The position numbers were made by a program, and so were the translations under genes. A stretch of 64,000 nt of DNA from Okamejei kenojei. Its lineage: Eukaryota. The DNA is taken from assembly GCA_035221665.1 (NCBI GenBank), contig CM069169.1, positions 16,740,001-16,804,000 on the forward strand. Reading direction: 5' to 3'. Shown piece after piece: positions 25,391 to 38,939 of this stretch; position 1 is the stretch's first letter; each line of letters opens with the position of its first letter. A model generated the notes under the pieces. The model made no database searches. It had not been told where the DNA came from and saw nothing but the letters and a program-made list of their open reading frames with translations.

Positions 25391-27068
25391 CACTCATGGC
25401 ACGTGCCTGCTCTAAACCTTGCTGATCTATGCACTGACACCAATGTCTTTTAGACGAGGCGTTGGTACTTTATTTGTCCTTTGTGGGAACGTTTGCGTGC
25501 AGAGTTTGGCGGCCAAGTTGGATGACAGTGACTGCGACTGGATCGTCGAGCAGGGTTAACAAAGTGATAAAGGACTTGATGTTTGGAAGGACTTTGTTTC
25601 ACACAATCAATGTTCTAATTGATTTGTGGGGACGTGGATGTCAGTGTGTGGTGCGGCATCTGTGGACGTCCAGAAAGTGCATTGAAGATGTGGAGCTGAC
25701 CTGCCTCCAGTGCACTCGCTGGAGTCACCATGACATTGAGTAATTGCACAGTGCGGCTGACTGATCGTTTGGCCACTAACATCACTGGTTCACTCCCATT
25801 CAATACATCCTGCGCCAAGCAAAACAGAATGATAACTCCCCTCCTCATGTTGAAGTGGTGCAGCGATAACATGTGGTCGAAGAGAGACACAAAAAAGCTG
25901 GAGTAACTCAGCGGGACAGGCAGCATCTCTGGAGAGAAGGAATGGGTGACGTTTCGGGTGACCCATTCCTTCTCTCCAGAGATGCTGCCTGTCCCGCTGA
26001 GTTACTCCAGAATTTTGTGTCTATCTTCAGTTTCAAAAAAAAAAACAAAAACAAAAAAATGGGGATCAGAGGGTATGGAGAGAAGGCAGGTACGGGATAC
26101 TGAGTTGGATGATCAGCCATGATCATATTGAATGGCGGTGCAGGCTCGAAGGGCCGAATGGCCGACTCCTGCACCTAATTTCTATGTTTCTATGTAAAGC
26201 AGCACCTGCAGTTCCTTCCTGCACAATAAAATGAGGCCATTGAGTCTTCTGAAGAAACTATCCCTGGACTGTTCCGTTGCCAGGCTCTCTAACTCCACAT
26301 AGACTCGACGACCTTTTAAAAAAAAAAAAATCAACGTGCATTTCTCAAAGAATATGTCTTTAATGGATGCAACTGAATGTGTCTTTAATGAGTTTAGAGA
26401 TCTAGCACAGAAACAGGCCCTTCGGCCCGCCATGCCCGCACCAAGGATAAGTATCTCCCCAACATTCTGCATGGGAGCCCATGCACAGAATTGTGTTTCA
26501 TTCCCCCAGTCTATGTGGGGTGATGCAGTCTGGCAACGGAACAGTCCAGAGATAGTTCCTTCAGAAGACCGAACGGCCTCATTTTATTGTGTGGGAAGGA
26601 ACTGCAGATGCCGGTTTACACCGAAGATGGACAAAATACTGGAGTAACTCAGCAGGTCAGGCAGCGTCTCTGGAGAGAAGGAATGGGTGACGTTTCAGGT
26701 CGAGGCCTGGTCTGAAGTCTGAAGAACGGTCTCGACCCAAAACATCACCCATATTCCTCCTCTCCAGAGACGCTGCCTGTCCCGCTGAGTTGCTCCAGCA
26801 TTTTTTGTGTTTACCTTCGGTGGAAAGCAGCATCTGCAGCTCCTTCCCACAGAGCACGGAGACAAATCCAGGGGGTGGGCTGCGTGATTAGCATCAGTCT
26901 CTTCAGCAGTTAGTGAAGGCTGCCGCTGGGAATGTGAGATGAGTCAGGGAGGAGACAGGTCCCGAGTGTAATAACACAGTGCTAATTTAACTGAGAAGTC
27001 AGTGTAATTACAAAGCCCAGCCATGTCTTGTCGGCAAAGAATGAATCTTGCTCATGCTGGCTTCCGTA

Positions 27069-27362
27069 TAGCCCTGTCCCACGGTGCGAGTTCATTCCAA
27101 GAGCTCTCCCGAGTTAAAGAAAATCAAATCGTGGTAAGCACGGAGAATGAACGTAGCGGGTACGTCGGAGCTCGGGGACGTCTCTTAGCGCTAACGGCAG
27201 GTACTCGGGAAGACTCGCTAACGGCAGGTGAGCACGGGAAGACTCGTGAAGTTTTTTCAACGTGATGAAAAATGTCCACGAGAGCCCCGAGTACCGACGA
27301 GTGGCCATTACTGTAAACCCGGGAGAGCTCTTGGAATGAACTCGTACCGTGGGACAGGGCTT
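27069..27362. mobile_element. MITE family B copy
   Basis: Highly similar to 41825-42145, same TIRs. Confidence 0.82.
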
Positions 27363-28507
27363 TTACTGATCACACTGTTACAAAGCTTTGCATTGAATTT
27401 GATTAGTACGGGTGTCAGAGGTTACGGGGAGAAGGCAGGAGAATGGGTTTTGGAGGGAGAGAGATGGATCAGCAATAATTGAATGGCGGAGTGGACTTGA
27501 TGGGCCGAATGGCCTAATTCTGCTCCCATCACCTATGACGTATAATGAAAGAATGGGTCGACTGGGAATTTGGAAGGATGAGAGGGGATCTTACATAAAC
27601 ATATAAAATTCTTCAGGGATTGGACAGGCTAGATGCAGGTAAAATGTTCCAGATGTTGGTTGAGTCCAGAACTAGGAATAAGGAATAAGGGGTAGGCCAT
27701 TTATGACTGAGATGAGGATAAAGAAACATAGAAACATCGAAAATAGGTGCAGGAGAAGGCCATGGCTCTTCGAGCCAGCACCGCCATTCAATATGATCAT
27801 GGCTGATCGTCCAAAATCAGTACCCCGTTCCTGCTTTCTCCCCATATCTCTTGATTCCGTTAGCACCTAAGAGCTAAATCTAACTCTCTCTTGAAAACAT
27901 CCAGTGAATTGGGGGTACACAAAAGGCTGGAGAAACTCAGCGGGTGCAGCAGCATCTAAGGAGCGAAGGAGATAGGCAACGTTTCGGGCCGAAACCCAAT
28001 TCTCTGCCACAGAAGGCAGTGGAGGCCAATCATAACAGTGAATCGGCCTCCACTGCCTTGTGTGGCAGAGAATTCCACAGATTCGCAACTCTCTGGGTGA
28101 AAAAGCTTTTCCTCATCTCAGTCCTAAATGACCTGCCCCTTATTCTTAAGCTGCGTGACCCCTGGTTCTGGACTCCCCCAACATGGGAAACATTTGTCCT
28201 GCATCTAGCCTGCCCAACCCTTTAAGAATCTTATATGTTTCTATAAGATCCCCTCTCATCCTTCTAAATTCCAGCGAGTATAATAAGGCCAGTTGACCCT
28301 TTCTTTGTCAGCGTCCCTTCTACCTCAATAACACAACCAGGGTTACTAATGCCCGTTACTAGGCAACCTAAAAGACCATCTAAATTAGATGTACAATCAT
28401 AACTGGGTAGGTCAGAGATTTATTACTTGGGTTTAGCAGTGACAGTCTCATCAGAAAGGTGGGTCACACTTCAGTCACCAGTGATTACATCAAATTATAG
28501 CGTTGTG

Positions 28508-29216
28508 AACCTGGAGTATTGTGTGCAGTTTTGGTCCCCTAATTTGAGCAAGGACATTCTTGCTATTGAGGGAGTGCAGCGTAGGTTCACCAGGTTAAGT
28601 CCCGGGATGGCGGGACTGTGATACGCTGAGAGAATGGAGCAGCTGGACTTGTACACTCTGGAACTTCGAAGGATGAGAGGGAATCTTATTGAAACATATA
28701 AGATTATTAAGGATTTGGGCACGCTAGAGACAGGAAACATGTTCCCGATGTTGGGGGAGTCCAGAACCGGGGGCCACATTTTAAGAATAAGGGGTAAGCC
28801 ACTTAGAACGGAGACGAGGAAACACTTTATCACCCAGGGTACAGAAAAGGCTGGAGAAACTCAGCGGGTGCAGCAGCATCTAAGGAGCGAAGGAGATGGG
28901 CAACGTTTCGGGCCGAAACCCTTCTTCAGACTGATGGGAGGTGGGGGGGGGGGGGGCGGGGAGAAGAAAGGAAAAAGGAGGAGGAGGAGCCCGAGGGCTG
29001 AGGGAGAGGTGGGAAGGGGAGGGTTCAGTTGTGAGTCTGTGGAATTCTTTGCCTCAGAGGGCGGTGGAAGCCGGTGAAAGCCGGTTCACTGGATATTTTC
29101 AAGAGAGAGCTGGATAGGGCTCTTAAAGATAGCGGAGTCAGGAGGATCGGGGTACTGATTGGGAATGATCAGCCATGATTACATTGAATGGCGGTGCTGG
29201 CTCGAAGGACTACTCC
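28508..29216 (+). mobile_element. CR1 LINE 3' fragment with an inserted pLTR/hammerhead unit (~28837-29025)
   Basis: [10 protein letters not shown]...RRMRGNLIETYKI; interrupted by a minus-strand pLTR. Confidence 0.82.
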
Positions 29217-29457
29217 NNNNNNNNNNNNNNNNNNNNNNNNNNNNNNNNNNNNNNNNNNNNNNNNNNNNNNNNNNNNNNNNNNNNNNNNNNNNNNNNNNNN
29301 NNNNNNNNNNNNNNNNNNNNNNNNNNNNNNNNNNNNNNNNNNNNNNNNNNNNNNNNNNNNNNNNNNNNNNNNNNNNNNNNNNNNNNNNNNNNNNNNNNNN
29401 NNNNNNNNNNNNNNNNNNNNNNNNNNNNNNNNNNNNNNNNNNNNNNNNNNNNNNNNN
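29217..29457. other. Assembly gap (241 N)
   Basis: N run. Confidence 1.
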
Positions 29458-29989
29458 TCTCCCTCTCCATGTCTATATCTATATCTCTCTCCCCCCTCCC
29501 ACACAATCCTTCCCTCTCCCTTCCCCTACTTCTCTCTCTCTCTCTCTCTCTCTCTCCCCCCCCCCCCTTGTTGCATGCCCATCAAATCCCCTTTGCTTGT
29601 AGTACTGAGATATTGAACGTAGTTGAAATGCATGAAACCTAGTCACGTGCCAGCGACTGTTTAATGTCCGTGGAATATTATCCTGGGGAGAAGGTAGTTG
29701 AAGAGCTGGCAGATGTCCAAATCCCAGCTTGGACGAGCTGGGCTTGAAATCAAGACATCTATATGTTCTTTCTCATTGCTTTAAAAGCCCAACATAATTT
29801 AAAGGCACCCCTTCATTTTGAATTATGTACATTTGACACTCATAAAACATGTCGTAACTAAATCACACAAATGAGACTGCTCCTACATGTAACACATATT
29901 AATTCATCCTAAAACAATAAATCTTTACTCGACCATTTCACTCAGAGAATATTCCCAGACACGAGTGAACTTGTGCAAAAGTTTGGGTT

Positions 29990-30290
29990 AGTTTTTTAGT
30001 TTAGAGATACAACTCGGAAACAGGCCCTTCGGCCCACCGAGTCTGTGCCGACCTGCAACACTAACACTATCCTACACAACCTAGGGGCAATTTGCAAATT
30101 TACCCAGCCAGTTAGCCTACAAGCCTATATGGCTTTGGAGTGTGGGAGGAAACCGGAGCTCCCGGAGACAACCCACGTGGTTACGGGGAGAACGTACAAA
30201 CTCCGCACAGACGGCGCCCGAGGTCAGGATTGAACCGGGGTCTCTGGCGCTGTGAGGCAGCAACTCTATCGCTGCGCCACCGTGCCGCCA
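29990..30290 (-). mobile_element. HE1-type V-SINE
   Basis: Same motifs. Confidence 0.82.
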
Positions 30291-30904
30291 ATTGGCTTGG
30301 TATTGTCACATGTACCGTGACACGGTGAAAATGTTTGCCTGCCACCCATCAACCCACGGGTACAATGATCCCAAGTACGGGAGTCCGGAGCACCCGGTTT
30401 AAAATATTTGCAGGTCAGATGGAGAATGTGTGAAAATCCACACAGTAACGAGGTCCGCACCGAACCCAAGGCCCTGGGGCTGTGAGGCAGCAGCACTAAC
30501 TGATGCACACCAAGCTGCCAGCTGCAATAATGAAAGGAAGCAAAAACAATATTCATTTGTCTTCCCGAGACCTTCAAATGTGATAATTAGAAAATTACAA
30601 ACTGTTCAGGCAGCAGAGAAATGCGGTGTCGGAAGGAACGGCAGATGCTGGTTATGCACCGAGGATAGACACAAAACGCTGGAGTAACTCAGCGGGACCG
30701 GCAGCATCTCTGGAGAAAGGGAATGGGTGACGTTTCGGGTCGAGACCCTTCTTCAGACAAGTGTCACCAGAAGATGCAGCGGAATGGTCCAAATAATGAG
30801 GTGTTTCAGATTTAGGGTCAAACTGGAGAAGCTAGACATGGAGTCATACAACATCCGAGCAGGCCCTCGGCCCAATTATGTAGGATGGAACTGCAGATGC
30901 TGGT

Positions 30905-30958
30905 GGGGTGGGAGATTGCAACCTTCACGTGGTCCGCCCTGTTTCGACAAATGCAATC
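30905..30958 (+). ncRNA. Minimal HDV-like ribozyme fold, third copy (element body lost just downstream)
   Basis: Identical helices; J4/2 is CAAA; followed directly by CR1 sequence. Confidence 0.75.
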
Positions 30959-30962
30959 AACT

Positions 30963-31330
30963 CTCAAAAGGATTTGAGTATAGGAGCAGGGAGGTTCTAC
31001 TTCAGTTGTACAGGGTCTTGGTGAGACCGCACCTGGAGTATTGCGTACAGTTTTGGTCTCCAAATCTGAGGAAGGACATTATTGCCATAGAGGGAGTGCA
31101 GAGAAGGTTCACCAGACTGATTCCTCGGATGTCAGGACTGCCTTATGAAGAAAGACTGGATAGACTCGGTTTATACTCTCTAGAATTTAGGAGATTGAAA
31201 GGGGATCTTATAGAAACTTACAAAATTCTTAAGGGGTTGGACAGGCTAGATGCAGGAAGATTGTTCCCGATGTTGGGGAAGTCCAGGACAAGGGGTCACA
31301 GTTGGATGATCAGGGGGAAATCCTTTAAGA
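30963..31330 (+). mobile_element. CR1 LINE fragment
   Basis: [32 protein letters not shown]...SRTRGH. Confidence 0.88.
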
Positions 31331-31861
31331 CCAAGTTGGATGATCAGTTCTCTCTCTCACACACACATATCACCACCACACCACACACCAAAGTGGGTGA
31401 ATCTAAGACTAGAGGTCACAGCCTCGGAATAAAGGACGTTCCTTTAAGAAGGAGATGAGGAGGAATTTCTTTAGCCAGAGGGTGGTGAATCTGTGGAATT
31501 CTTTGCCACAGAAGGCCGTGGAGGCCAATGGATATTTTAAGGCAGAGATAGATAGATTCTTGATTAGTGCGGGTGTCAGAGGTTATGAGGAGAAGGCAGG
31601 AGAATGAGGTTAGGAGAGAGAGATACATCAGCCATGATTATTGAATGGTGGAGTAGATTAGATGGGCCGAATGATCACACTCACTACTCCCCCTTCTGTT
31701 GTGGGGTGGACTCACTCCCCTCCACCCACCCCCCCCCATTCCAAATCTTTGCACATCCCCAATCCTTTCCACTCATCCCATTAATCTCATGTTTCATGTA
31801 TCTTGTTGGAAGATCAATTTCCCTCCTGGGATAAATAAAGTTCTATCGTATCAAGTACATA

Positions 31862-32183
31862 GCACACGCGCACACGTACACACACACACACACGTACACA
31901 CACACACTCGCACACACACGCACTCACACTCACACACACGCACTCGCACGCACGTACACACACGCACTCACATGCACACACATGTACACATACGCACACA
32001 CACACCCACTCGCACACATACAAAAACACACACACACCCACGCAGTCGTACACACACGCGTACACACACACGCTCGCACACACGCACACACACCCACAAA
32101 GGCACACACACACTCACTCGCACACACACACTCACTTGCACACACTCACTTGCACACACGCACACCCACACGCACACTCGCAC
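31862..32183. repeat. Degenerate (CA)n low-complexity tract
   Basis: Direct inspection. Confidence 0.92.
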
Positions 32184-32821
32184 GGCTGAGCACTTCTGAC
32201 CTTCCTCTTTTTATTTTTAGATTTCCAGCATCTGCTTTTTCTTCCCCTACAAAGTACTTCAGCAAAAATAACTTGAGTGAAGGAAGATAAAGGTGCAAAA
32301 CGTCAATTTTCTGTCAGAACCTGCGGGCAGGTTTGACCGGATCATGCAGCCTATTTTTAGTCTTTGTCTATTGACCTCTGACGAGGGTTCTGGGTCGACA
32401 CAGCAGGCGGGAGTGGATTGAGAACAGGTGAAGTCTGTCACTTTTTGCAGAATACTCTGATAAATCACAGTTTAGTGCCAGTTTGCCAAGTTAAGCGAAT
32501 TTAGAATTATATCTGAACTAAGATATAGCAAAGACGAAAAGGGAAACAGTAAAATTAAAGGATTGAATCCCACTAAATCCTCTGACACAGCTTCAATAAC
32601 CAGAGACACTGTGCTTCCAAGGTATGGTTTATCAGTCGGCAAACAAAGACTTTGCACTCCATGTTGACCAAGCCGAGGCCCATTGCTTGAAAGATAGGCT
32701 GTCTGAGGCTGCAGATTAACCTGGCACAGCACTGACTGCAATGAATTCTCTGCCTCAGAAGGCAGTGGATGCCAATTCTCTGGATGCTTTCAAGAGAGAG
32801 CTAGATAGAGCTCTTAAAGAT

Positions 32822-33350
32822 TGTATTGTGTACAGTTTTGGTCTCCTAATTTGAGGCAGTGCAGCGTAGGTTCACGAGATTGATCCGTGGGATGGCGGGA
32901 CTGTCATATGAGGAAAGATTGAAAAGAGTTTTGGCTTGTATTCACTGGAGTTTAGAAGGATGAGGGGGGATCTTATAGAAACATATACAATTATAAAAGG
33001 ACTGGACAAGCTAGATGCAGGAAAAATGTTCCCAATGTTGGGCGACCCCAGAACTAAGGGCCACAGTCTTAGATAAAGGGGAGGTCATTTAAGACTGAGG
33101 TGAGAATTCACTTTTTCACCCAGAAAGTTGTGAATTCGTGGAATTCCCTGCCACAGAGGGCAGTGGAGGCCAAATCACTGGATGGATTTAAGAGAGAGTT
33201 AGATAGAGCTCTAGGGGCTAGTGGAATCAAGGGATATGGGGAGAAGGCAGGCACGGGTTATTGATTGGGGACGATCAGCCATGATCACAATGAATGGCGG
33301 TGCTGGCTCAAAGGGCCGAATGCCTCCTCCTGCACCTATTTTCTGTGTTT
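32822..33350 (+). mobile_element. CR1 LINE 3' fragment
   Basis: Homologous to 63460-64000. Confidence 0.82.
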
Positions 33351-34504
33351 CTAAAGATAGCGGTCAGGGGATATGGGTAGAAGGCATGAACGGGGTACTG
33401 ATTGTGGATGATCAACCATGATCACAGTGGATGGCGGTGCCGGCTCGAAGGGCCGAATGGCCTCCTCCTACACCTATTGTCTGTCGTACTCAAACAACAC
33501 TTCCCTGAAAAGAAGATAGACACAAAAAGCTGGAGTAACTCAGCTGGACAGGCAGCATCTCTGCGGAGAAGGAAAGGGTGACGTTTCGGGTCCAGACACT
33601 TCTCTCCAGAGATGCTGCCTGTCCCGCTGAGTTGCTCCAGCATTTAGCGCCTATCTTCGGTGTAAACCAGCATCTGCAGTTCCTTCCTAACAACATTCTT
33701 CGTGGAGAGGGTGGGTTAAGAAAAGCCAATAAACTCTGACCCTCTCGATGATACGAACATGAACGTCAGAAAATACACAGTGACAGGACAAAGCCTTCCT
33801 TCCAATGTGACAGATTACCCAGTAGTTTTCTCTACAATATGAAATCCATCAATAATCCCCGCTGATCAAAAGGAACAATGCCATATTTCAAGGCAAACAA
33901 AAAATCATTGACAGCTTCAAAAGTGAATGCACAAAAGCTGCATCGACTCCCGGCGATAAATATCCATTAGTTCCCCTCACTCAGTCCGCCAGAGCCCAGC
34001 CTGTGAATGTGGAGCAGAACAACAGACAGCCAACCGCATCATCGCTGGGTGCCCGCTCTACCACCCACCAAATGGCTCTCAGGGCCTGGCAGACATTGAT
34101 GCCAACAGAGACAACAACCTGGCTGCTCAACACCCGGCTTGGGATCTAACTATTCCTTTGGTTTATGGTTCATTTCACAAGACGAAGAATAAGCCCACCT
34201 AGACCATCACACTAGACAGCACAATTGTCTACCTCACTGGTGACCCTCGGACTATCCCTGATCGGACATTGCGGGCTTTACCTTGCAGTAAACGTTATTT
34301 CCTTGTCATGCATCGGTTCGATTGTAATCATGTATTGTCTTTCCGCTGACTGGTTAGCACGCAACAAAAGCTTTTCACTGTACCTCGGTACACGTGACAG
34401 GCAATAATGTAAACTTTCACATCCACTCCCTACGCACTAAGGGCAAAGCACAGTAGCCAATTAACCTACAAAACAAACTAAGAATAATTAACCTACAAAC
34501 TTGA

Positions 34505-34940
34505 AGGGCCTGTCCCACTTGGCCGTCATTTGCACCTCATTTACGTGTCATGTGTAAATTAGATCGTCGCGTTGTGGCGCACGGGTAGCGTGTGGGTAGC
34601 GCGGGACGGGCTCATGGAGAGGCGTGGAGGAATGTGGAGTTGCGCGCGGTATCGCGCGGCGCACTAGGATTTCGTCCTGTATGAAATCCTCGTGGGCCAC
34701 CTGCGTGACGTATCGCGTACGCACGCTGACACATTGGTGTCGCACGCTGACATCCCGACGTGTCACGTGTATCGCGTGGTGACGCATGGTTACGTCGCCG
34801 CGTGCCGCAGGGCATTCTAATGACGTCACGCGCACTAGACGGTATGATGACGTGCGATCTACGCGCGACGTCGAGCGTAACGACGTGTTGACCTATTTTA
34901 CATATGAGGCGCAAATGACGCCCAAGTGGTCACAGGCCCT
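34505..34940. mobile_element. CpG-rich PIF/Harbinger-like MITE (family A)
   Basis: Long TIRs AGGGCCTGTCCCACTTGG(C/G)CGTCATTTGC...; 3-bp TSD TGA. Confidence 0.8.
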
Positions 34941-35250
34941 TGAGTTAGAATAACCTGTACAGCCAGGTATATTCCAGTTCAATATCCATCGAGTCTTTGT
35001 TTGTTTATTCATTCATTGCAAATGGCGATGTTGATTATCCATCCCTGATCCAGTTAGCTTCAGCGCGCCACAGTGGCGCAGGGGGTAGTGCCGCTGTCTC
35101 ACATCACCATAGACCTGGGTTCACTCCCGATCTCGAGTGCTGTTGAGAATACAGCCATTCGGCCCTTTGAGCCTGCACCGCCATTCAATATGATCATGGT
35201 TGATCATCCAAAATCAGTTCCCGTTCCTGCCTTCTCCCCACTTCCCTTAA

Positions 35251-35566
35251 TGGGGCTGTCCCACTGTACGAGTCCATTCAAGAGCTCTCCCGAGTTTCCC
35301 CTGATTCGAACTTGGAGAATTACGGTAATGGCCGCTCGTCGGTACTCGGGGCTCTCGTGGACATTTTTCAACACGTTGAAAAATCTTCACGAGTCTTCCC
35401 GAGCTTACCGCGTTTCCCGAGAACCTGCCGTTAGCGTTACGAGCCGCTAAGAGACGTCCCGAGCACCGATGTACCCGCAACGTACATTCGACGTACTTAC
35501 CACGAGTTTGTTTTTTTTTTAACCCGGGAGAGCTCTTGAATTAGCTCGTACAGTGGGACAACTCCA
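35251..35566. mobile_element. MITE family B subfamily copy, opposite orientation, inserted in a CR1 tail
   Basis: TIRs GGGCTGTCCCACTGTACGAG; internal sequence homologous to 41825-42145. Confidence 0.78.
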
Positions 35567-37068
35567 TTATTCCTTTAGCCCCAAGAGCTAAATCGAATTC
35601 TCTCTTGAAAACATCCAGTGAATTGGTCCCCACTGCCTTCTGTGGCAGAGAATTCCAGATTCACAACACTCTTTTCCTTTTTACATATCTATAGAAGCTT
35701 TTAGAGTCCGTTTTTACATTCACCGCTGGTTTTCCTTCATGCTCTTTTTTCCCCCTCTTAATTAACCCCTTTGCCCTCTAAATTTCTAAAGTTCTAAATT
35801 TCTCCCAGTCCTCTGGTTTGCTGCTTCCTCTGGCCAATTTATATTACTTTTCCTTGGATTTAGACGGGGATGTAGAGAGAGATATGCAAAATGAATGAAG
35901 GATGATAAAGGCAACAGGCCATTGTTAGCCATTGTGCTAGGTGAGAACGAGAAGCTGGTGCGACTTGGGTGGGGGAGGGATGGAGAGAGAGGGAATGCAG
36001 GGGTTACTTGAAGTTAGAGAAATCAATATTCATACCACTGGGTTGCGAGCTCTCCCGCTGAGTTACTCCAGCATTTTGTGTCTATCTTCGATGCGTTGTG
36101 TGAAGTCAGGAATGCAATGTGCATGGGCGAGGGAACGTGTTGATAAGGTACCTGTTTCTCAGTGATACGGAGATGTTTGCAACAGTGATTCTAACATCAC
36201 ACTGTCAGGAAAAACAGATGGCTCCATATGAGACTACAACTGAAACAGTTCCAAATATTTACACCGAAGCAACTTAACTGCAATAATTAGTCACTCGGTA
36301 TTAGATCCCGACAACGATTTTAAAAAAAATTTGGACAGGAACATGGATCGGACAGGTTAAGAGGGATATGGGCCAAATGCAGGCAGGTGGGATTAGTGCA
36401 GCAGAGGCATGTTGGTCGGCATGGACAACGAGTAACTAATCGGGTCAAGCGCATTTGTGAAGACAGGTCCCAACCTAAAATGCCATCTCTCCATTTCCCT
36501 CCACAGATGCTGCCCGACCCACTGAGCTGCTCCAGCAGTTTGTTTTTTGCTGAAAGGTTGGTGTTCTGGGGAGTAGCGAGCAAGGTTGTGCAGAAGGAGA
36601 AAATGCGAGGGTTTAGTTTAGTTTGGTTGAGAGATACATTGCGGAAACAGGCCCTTCGGCCCACCGAGTCCGTGCCGGCCTGCCCCCCCCCCTCCCCCCG
36701 CCAACACTGTCCTACACACACTAGGGACAATTTACAATGTTACCAAAGCCAATTAACCTACAAACCTGTACGTCACAGGTCAGGTGGAGAACGTACAAAC
36801 TCCGTACAGACAGCACCCGTAGTCAGCATTGAGCACGGACCTCTGGCGCTGTGAGGCAGCAGCTCTACCGCTCTTGTCGTGTGAAGTGTGAAGTAAGAAT
36901 GGTAAAATGTGTGAAATAAGAATGGTAAAATGTTACTTTGAATGCCAGAACTGAAAACTCACACTGTCCGGTCTAGGCCAATGAATCAGTGGGACTCTCA
37001 CATCCAACACTAACATATGGTGAGCGTTTGACGGCACTGGGCCTGTACTCGTTGGAGTTTAGAAGAAT

Positions 37069-37069
37069 A

Positions 37070-37113
<44 letters not shown>
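37069..37113. repeat. Poly-G run inside a CR1 fragment
   Basis: ~45 consecutive G at a position where other CR1 copies have a short G-run. Confidence 0.85.
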
Positions 37114-37114
<1 letters not shown>

Positions 37115-37752
37115 TCTCATTGAAACGTAAGAATAGTGAAAGGCTTGGATAGAGTGGATGTGGAGAGCATGTTTCCACTAGTGGGAGAGTCTAGGACTAG
37201 AGGTCAGAACAAAATAATTAAAGGATGTTCTTTTAGGAAGAAGACGAGGAGGAATTTATTTAGTCAGAGGGTGGTGAATTTATGGAATTCTTTGCCACAG
37301 AAGGCTGTGGAGGCCAAGTCAGTGCAGATTTTTAAGGCAGAGATAGATAGATTCTTGATTAGAACGGGTGTCAAGGGTTATGGGGAGAAGGCAGGAAAAT
37401 GGGATTAGGAGACAGAGATCAGCCATGATTGAATGGCGGAGTGGACTCGATGGGCCGAATGGCCTACTCCCATCACTTTTGATCTTATGATCCAATGAAT
37501 AGGCTCATCCCCAACACTGGATTGGAAGGGATTCATCGCGCAAGGTATGATGTGGCACTGACATCTACTGTTAATGATCAGTACTGCAGCTGTCTTCATG
37601 TTTCCTCAGAAAAGACAGTGACTGCTCTTTGACAAAACCCCCGCACATGAACGACATAAAACATAGAACACCTTCGGCCCACAATGTCCGTAGCGAACAC
37701 GAAGGCCGAACCAACTCTTTTCTGTCTGTGCAAAATCCATGTGCCTCCACAG

Positions 37753-38445
37753 ACACACACAGTGCTGGAGCATCTCAGTGGGACAGGCAGCATCTTTGGA
37801 GAGAAGGAATGGGTGATATTTCAGGGTCGAGACCCTTCTTCAGACCTGAAACGTCACCCATTCCTTCTCTCCAGAGATGTTGCCTGTCCCGCTGAGTTAC
37901 TCCAGCACTGTGTGTGTCTATCTTCAGTTTAAACCAGCATCTGTAGCATCCTCCAACCTCATCTACTGTATCCGCTGTTCCGGGTGTCAACTTCTCTACA
38001 TCGGTGAGACCAAGCGCAGGCTCGGCGATCGTTTCACTGAACGCCTCCGCTCAGTCCGCCTTAACCTACCTGATCTCCCGGTGGCTCAGCATTTTAACTC
38101 CCCCTCCCACTCACAATCTGACCTTTCCGTCCTGGGCCTCCTCCATTGTCAGAGTGAGGCCCAGCGCAAATTGGAAGAACAGCACCTCATATTTCGCTTG
38201 GGTATCTTACACCCCAGCGGTATGAACATTCACTTCTCTAACTTCAAATAGCCCTTGCTTTCCCTCTCTCTCCATCCCCTCCCCATTCCCAGTTCACCCA
38301 CTAGCCCTACTGTCTCCGACTACATTCCTTCCTCGTCCCGCCCCCTCCCCCGACATCAGTCTGTAGGAGGGTCTCGACCCGAAACGTCGCCCATTCCTTC
38401 TCTCCAGAGATGCTGCCTCACCCACTGAGTTACTCCAGCATTTAA
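37753..38445 (+). mobile_element. Penelope-like element 3' fragment (GIY-YIG endonuclease, probably Neptune-type) with pLTR copies
   Basis: NLIYCIRCSGCQLLYIGETKRRLGDRF...VAQHFN...H...LEEQHLIFRLGILHPSGMN (~37946-38251). A hammerhead-like pLTR follows, and an inverted/direct pLTR pair precedes it. Confidence 0.88.
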
Positions 38446-38843
38446 AATATATATATACATTGACATGGCCTCCACAGCCTTCTGTGGCAATGAATTAGAC
38501 AGATTCACCGCCCTCTGACTAAAGATATTCCTCCTCATCTTCCTAAAGGAACGCCCTTTAATTCTGAGGCTATGACCTATGGTCTAGACTCTCCCACTGA
38601 TGGAAACATCCTCTCCACGTCTAATCTATCCTGTCATAAGTGATAGGAGCACAATTAGGCCATTCGGCCATTCAGTCTACTCTGCCATTCAATCATGGCT
38701 GATCCATCTCTCCCTCCTAACCCCATTCTCCTGCCTTCTCCCCATAACCCCTGACACCCGTATGAATCAAGAATCTATCCGTCTGCCTTAAATATATCCT
38801 TTCATTCCATTAGCGTGTTAAAACCAGAGGGAATCCAATTGGA

Positions 38844-38939
38844 GGTAGACAAAAATGCTGGAGAAACTCAGCGGGTGCAGCAGCATCTATGGAGCGAAGG
38901 AAATAGGCAACATTTCGGGACGAAACCCTTCTTCAGACT
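38844..38939 (-). mobile_element. 96-bp hammerhead-bearing pLTR unit
   Basis: 17-bp TSD GAGGGAATCCAATTGGA at 38827-38843 and 38940-38956. Confidence 0.82.

Larger units (their letters stand above)
24819..25409. mobile_element. Non-autonomous hAT DNA transposon
   Basis: TIRs C(G/A)GGCACGTG; perfect 8-bp TSD CTCTAAAC at 24811-24818 and 25410-25417. Confidence 0.85.

Noticed and set aside
30727-31458. 243-aa plus-strand ORF
   Set aside because: A chance fusion of pLTR, HDV element and CR1 fragments, not a gene
31699-32290. His/Thr- and Cys/Val-rich ORFs
   Set aside because: Translations of a (CA)n tract; the same applies to 50011-50609
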